In this document: positions 59,520 to 64,000 of the stretch, piece by piece
Layout of the letters: each line of letters starts with the position of its first letter
Numbering within the stretch: the first letter of the stretch is position 1
Virus record (IMG/VR): IMGVR_UViG_2657245143_000002
Span: 1-64,000 of that record
Strand: one strand, 5' to 3'
Source of the DNA: a virus
Taxonomy: Duplodnaviria; Caudoviricetes
DNA: 64,000 nt
Program-made: the position numbers and the translations under genes
The notes under the pieces: generated by a model
The model's input: the letters and a program-made list of their open reading frames with translations, nothing else
Databases searched by the model: none
Told to the model about the DNA's origin: nothing

Positions 59520-60091
59520 GGCCGTGCCACCTCCGTGCCAGCCCTGTGCCACCCGAAAACGTTGAAATTCCGCCATTCTTGATTTTCGGCCGAAAACGGC
59601 CGTGCCACCGGCCCCGGTCGTCCTCGACCGGAGGGCGAAAATGACGAAAACCCTTGTGGGAGTAGGGCTGAGGGGTTGTATAAGTAAGTAATAATATATA
59701 TGAAATATCTATTATTTATATATATATTTGGCACACTTGGCACGGCACAACGCATATTTCATCCCCTCGCGCCTATACGCTCCGCCGATTTCATTCCTGA
59801 AAATCGCGTCCGTGTAAGACACCCTTCAAAAGCCGTGCCACCCGTGCCACCGTGCCAGCCCTACTCCCACAAGGGTTTTCGGCATCGACCGGGAAACAGA
59901 CTGTGCCAGTCGTGCCGGTGTGAAATCACCCCAAAAATCGCCTCTGAGCCCTACTCCCGCTTGGGTTTTCATGGGGTGGCACAGCGAAAAACGGCGCATG
60001 AGCAAAACTGCGAGGCGACTTAACAAATCGTTAACTCTACCTGTAAAAACAGCTCATGCGATTTTTGGGAAAGTCGAAAACCGTGCCACCC
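59520..60091. repeat. Origin-like non-coding module, copy B (inverted homologue of 13146-13740)
   Basis: AT-rich core ~59680-59730; many GTGCCAC/GTGCCAG; three AGCCCTACTCCC-type elements. Confidence 0.75.
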
Positions 60092-60236
60092 TCCTCCGCT
60101 CGCGGGGCCCCGCCCTCCCACATGCGGCACCGGACGGCTTGGCTACGCATTTTCGGGCCGAAACCTCCCCAGTTTTTCTGCCACTTCGGGTTTTCCGCGC
60201 CATGACGTCCATAGAAGCAGAAGGAAAGGAACAGCC

Positions 60237-61187
60237 ATGACCATGAGAACCGGAAGCATCAGCAGAATCCTGATCGGCGCGTCCGCCGCCCTCGCCGTGG
60301 CGCTCGTCGCCGTCCTCGGCGTCGGCGCTTGGAGGTCGGCCCACGAACCGACGCCGGAGGCACCGCAGGCGTCCGAATCCACTGCGGCCGGCCTCAAGGC
60401 ATCGCAATCGCAGCTCGACCGCGCCGTGGAGTACGAGACGGCGCTGCGCCAGTGGGGCGTCCAGTACCCCAAGGACCTGAAGGAGTGGTCCGGCCTCTCC
60501 ACGGAGGACCTGCTCGGCAGGACCCGCACGCCGGATAACCTCGACGCCTCCGTGCTCGGCAAGGCCACCGGCTCGGCGCTCCCGGATTCCAAGGACGCGA
60601 AGATCGGCCCGCACTCGAAGTCCGACCTCTGCAAGGACTGGGGCGACGACTCGTGGCAGTGCCAAGAGAGCCCCGACATGCTCGCCTACGAGCGCAACAA
60701 CCACTGGTCGATGGGCGCGACGTTCATCGAGGGCCCGACCGCCAAGGACAACGGCGACGGCACCATCGACGTCACGGGCACATTGCGCTGGACGATCTGG
60801 TCGGACGCGAGGGACACGCTCTCGCAGGAGGGCCACTGGGCCTTCGCGCCGCTCCAGTACGACGTGCCCGTGTCCGACCGCCTGAAGGTCGGGGCGGACG
60901 GCACTGTGGTCTACAGGAAGGACCTCAAGGCCCAGCCTTGGTGGGCCGACCCGTTCTTCAGCGATTGGAGGGACCAGTCCGCCACCTCCGCCGGTGCCGG
61001 CCTGACCCGCACCCGTATTGTGCTGCCCGTCAGCGGCGACGCGCCCGACGTGGGTCTGAACGGCGACGCCGACGAGCCGGTGGTGAGGAACCCCGCCGAT
61101 CAGGGCGACCCGGACATCGACTGGTCGCTGTGGTATGACGAGGGGCTGCTGCTGCCGTCGGGCGGAGAGGGGAGGCAGGGGCTCTAG
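60237..61187 (+). CDS. Membrane-anchored/secreted hypothetical protein
   Basis: AAAGGA RBS; N-terminal TM helix. Confidence 0.75.
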   Translation: MTMRTGSISRILIGASAALAVALVAVLGVGAWRSAHEPTPEAPQASESTAAGLKASQSQLDRAVEYETALRQWGVQYPKDLKEWSGLSTEDLLGRTRTPDNLDASVLGKATGSALPDSKDAKIGPHSKSDLCKDWGDDSWQCQESPDMLAYERNNHWSMGATFIEGPTAKDNGDGTIDVTGTLRWTIWSDARDTLSQEGHWAFAPLQYDVPVSDRLKVGADGTVVYRKDLKAQPWWADPFFSDWRDQSATSAGAGLTRTRIVLPVSGDAPDVGLNGDADEPVVRNPADQGDPDIDWSLWYDEGLLLPSGGEGRQGL

Positions 61188-61362
61188 AAGTCGGCAGCCG
61201 ACATCGGCATCGAAGCCAAGGCGACCGGGAACGGTCGCCTTCTTCGTTTCGGGCACCCCTTGGTTCATTCCAAGGGTTCTCTCTTTTTTTGCCTTGGCGA
61301 TTCCGCACCATGCCGCCTCCGAAGGACAGTCCCCTGTGGACCTATTTTTCAGGAGGTAGCCT

Positions 61363-64000
61363 ATGTCCAACGAGGTTTTGAGGGTCGCCAAGCGCGACGG
61401 CCGCACCGTCGCCTTCGACCGCACGAAGATAGCGAACGCCATCCGGCTGGCGTTCGGGGACGTCAAGAGGGAGGTGGGGCCGCAGGAGGCCAAGGACATC
61501 GACGGCATCGCCGCCGGCATCGAGGCCAAGCTGAGGGCCGGGGACACGTCGGAGCCCGTCGAGATAGCCGACATCCAGACGCTCGTGGAGCGTGCGCTGG
61601 TGGCCGGGCACCACTACGACGTGGCGAAGGCGTACACGGACTGGCGTCTCGCACGCGACGTCGAGCGGGCGAAGGCCACGGACGTGAACGAGGCGGTGCG
61701 GCGGTTCATCGACAGGGACCCGACGATCATGCACGAGAACGCCAACCGCCCGTCCGAAATCTACATCACGCAGCGCGACCTGCTGGCTGGTGCCGTGAGC
61801 AAGGCGGCTGCGCTGAGGATGTTGCCGCAGGACGTGGCGAACGCGCATCAGAAGGGCATCATCCACTTTCACGACCTTGACGTGTCGCCGTTCACGGCGG
61901 AATCTAATTGCAGCCTCGTAAATTTCTGGGACATGCTCGGCCACGGTTTCTCACTCGGCGGCTCCGAGATGGACTCCCCGAAATCCATCGGCATCGCGGC
62001 CACCCAGATATGCCAGATCATGCAGGAGGTCGCCGTCTCGCAGTACGGCGGTCAGACGGCCAACCGTCTTGACGAGCATTTGGCCGAGTACGCCAAGAAG
62101 GATTTCTGGAAGTTCATGGAGGAGGCCCGCGAGGCCATCCCGGATGGCACCACCATCGAGCAGGCCAAGCGCGTCGTCGCGGCGGCGAAGGCCAACGAAC
62201 CGGCCAGACTCCATTTCGAGCGTGACCGCGAACCGCTGCCGATGGATGCGCCGTTCCACGAGGACGCCGACGAACTGACGCGGCAACGCGAAGTCCTCGC
62301 CAAAATCCGCACCCGCAAGGCCATCTACGACGCGATGCAGACGATGGAGTACCAGATCAACAGCAACAGGGTCGGCAGCGGCCAGACGCCGTTCGTCACC
62401 ATCGGCTTCGGCCTCGGCACCGACTGGTTCAGCCGCGAGATTCAACGCTGCCTGCTGCTCAACCGCATCATGGGCTTGGGCCGGCACCACCGCACGCCGA
62501 TATTCCCCAAGCTGGTGTTCACCGTCAGGCACGGCGTCAACAGCGAGCCGGACGACCCGAACTACGACATCAAGCAGTTGGCGCTGGAGTGCGCCACGAA
62601 GCGCATGTACCCCGATGTGGTGTTCTACGAGAACATCGTCAAGATCACCGGCTCCTTCAAGGCACCGATGGGTGCCGTGGCCGGATACTCGGGCATCGTC
62701 TGCCGTATTGGCGACAAGGCCCCGGAGGACTTCGGTTTCTCCGAGTTCTGGCAGTACATGAAGGCTGACTACGGCATGAAGCCACAGGGGACGAACGGCG
62801 ACGACTGGATGGTTGACATCCCGGAGGAGGCGAACGTCCGCATCAAGGACTCCGCCTCACCGGACGGCTGGGCCAAGGTACGCCGCGTCATCTCGAACGC
62901 ATCCCGCGTCTGGCTTCGCATCTCCACCAAGAACTTCACCGTGGACTGCACGGACGACCACCCGTGGCCCACCAAGCGGGGCCGCGTCGAGACCAAGGAC
63001 CTCACGTTGTCCGACGTGCTTTTCGATGCCGAAGGCAACGAGCAACCCGTCATCGCCGTCAAGCGCGTTGACGTCAAAATGCGCTCCTACGACGTCACCA
63101 CCTCGACCGACCGCTTCGACGTCAACGGCCTGCGGTCGCACAACTGCCGCTCCTTCCTTCAGGGCTGGGTCAACCCGGAGACCGGCGAGGACGAGGAGGA
63201 TGGCCGCATGAACCTCGGCGTCGTCTCCGTCAACCTACCGCGCATCGCCCTTGAATCCAACGGCGACAAGGACCGGTTCTGGAAGCTGCTGGACGAGCGC
63301 CTTGAGATCGCCCACCACGCGCTTCAGTTCAGGATAAGGCGCTGCAAAGAGGCCAAGCCGGAGAACGCGCCCGCCCTGTTCGAGTACGGCGCGTTCGGCC
63401 GCCTCAAGCCGGGCGACGACGTGGACGCGCTCTTCCGCAACGGCAGGGCGACCGTCTCGTTGGGCTACATCGGCATCGCGGAGGTCGTGGCCCGCTTCTA
63501 CGGCAAGGGCTGGATACGCGACCACTCGTGGGACGAGGATGGCCGTCGGTTCGGTCTGAGCATCGTCAGGCACATGCACGACAAGTGCGTCGAATGGGAG
63601 AGGGCGGAGGGCTACCACTACAGCCTCTACAGCACCCCGGCGGAGAGTCTGACCGACCGCTTCAACAAGATGGACCGCAGGCTGTTCGGCCGCGTCGAGG
63701 GCGTGACGGATCACGACTTCTACACCAACAGCTTCCACTACCCGGTGTGGCTCCGGCCCACGCCGATGGAGAAGCTCGACTACGAGAAGGACTTCCCGTA
63801 CTACGCTTCCGGCGGCTTCATCCACTACGCGGAGTTCCCGATGCTCCAGCAGAACCCCAAGGCCCTTGAGGCGGTGTGGGACTACGCGCACGATCTGGGC
63901 ATCGGCTATCTGGGCACCAACACGCCCATCGACCACTGCTACGTGTGCGGCTTCGAGGGCGACTTCGAGCCGACCGAGGAGGGGTTCAGGTGCCCGGAGT
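61363..64000 (+). CDS. nrdD: Class III anaerobic ribonucleoside-triphosphate reductase with ATP cone, intein-containing; runs off the window end
   Basis: Manual translation: VAKRDGRTVAFD (ATP cone), HENAN, HFHDLD, NCSLVN, QYGGQT, GQTPFVT, IFPKLVF, RMYPD, PMG/CRSFL, NLGVVSVNLPRIA, YSTPAESL, FYTNSFH; AGGAGGT RBS. Confidence 0.95.
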   Translation, partial: MSNEVLRVAKRDGRTVAFDRTKIANAIRLAFGDVKREVGPQEAKDIDGIAAGIEAKLRAGDTSEPVEIADIQTLVERALVAGHHYDVAKAYTDWRLARDVERAKATDVNEAVRRFIDRDPTIMHENANRPSEIYITQRDLLAGAVSKAAALRMLPQDVANAHQKGIIHFHDLDVSPFTAESNCSLVNFWDMLGHGFSLGGSEMDSPKSIGIAATQICQIMQEVAVSQYGGQTANRLDEHLAEYAKKDFWKFMEEAREAIPDGTTIEQAKRVVAAAKANEPARLHFERDREPLPMDAPFHEDADELTRQREVLAKIRTRKAIYDAMQTMEYQINSNRVGSGQTPFVTIGFGLGTDWFSREIQRCLLLNRIMGLGRHHRTPIFPKLVFTVRHGVNSEPDDPNYDIKQLALECATKRMYPDVVFYENIVKITGSFKAPMGAVAGYSGIVCRIGDKAPEDFGFSEFWQYMKADYGMKPQGTNGDDWMVDIPEEANVRIKDSASPDGWAKVRRVISNASRVWLRISTKNFTVDCTDDHPWPTKRGRVETKDLTLSDVLFDAEGNEQPVIAVKRVDVKMRSYDVTTSTDRFDVNGLRSHNCRSFLQGWVNPETGEDEEDGRMNLGVVSVNLPRIALESNGDKDRFWKLLDERLEIAHHALQFRIRRCKEAKPENAPALFEYGAFGRLKPGDDVDALFRNGRATVSLGYIGIAEVVARFYGKGWIRDHSWDEDGRRFGLSIVRHMHDKCVEWERAEGYHYSLYSTPAESLTDRFNKMDRRLFGRVEGVTDHDFYTNSFHYPVWLRPTPMEKLDYEKDFPYYASGGFIHYAEFPMLQQNPKALEAVWDYAHDLGIGYLGTNTPIDHCYVCGFEGDFEPTEEGFRCPE
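62674..63144 (+). mobile_element. 157-aa mini-intein (Ala1) in NrdD
   Basis: In-frame insertion between PMG and CRSFL; block B CTDDHPW, block F SYDVTT, block G NGLRSHN/C; no endonuclease domain. Confidence 0.9.

Noticed and set aside
1-64000. Prophage
   Set aside because: No terminase, portal, capsid, tail or integrase recognised; the lysozyme/CHAP gene fits a conjugation context.

Overview
High-GC actinobacterial mobile DNA, most consistent with a segment of a large conjugative element or megaplasmid. The NrdD and LAxTG sorting signals look Bifidobacterium-like; host assignment is inference. No rRNA, tRNA, CRISPR array, integrase or phage capsid/tail genes were recognised. It carries a scattered Gram-positive type IV secretion set (VirB4-, VirD4-, VirB1/CHAP-, VirB6-, TcpC-, pilin-like and a Replic_Relax-like protein) and two FtsK/SpoIIIE ATPases. 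It also has its own replication kit (beta clamp, Toprim/DUF927-type primase-helicase, DUF2815-like SSB, anaerobic RNR NrdD), three sortase-anchored adhesins, several free-standing endonucleases and clusters of small acidic or Lar-like ORFs. Main observations: (1) an 11-bp motif TCCGC(A/G/C)CCATG occurs about 18 times, almost always sense-oriented 20-80 bp upstream of a start codon, and two proteins have sigma-70-like segments, suggesting an element-private transcription system; (2) a 157-aa mini-intein starting with Ala sits directly before the catalytic Cys of NrdD; (3) two diverged ~600-bp origin-like non-coding modules lie 46 kb apart in inverted orientation; (4) CCWGG appears depleted. Several single-base frameshifts are probably sequencing errors. 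All protein family calls are by-eye motif recognition, not database searches.
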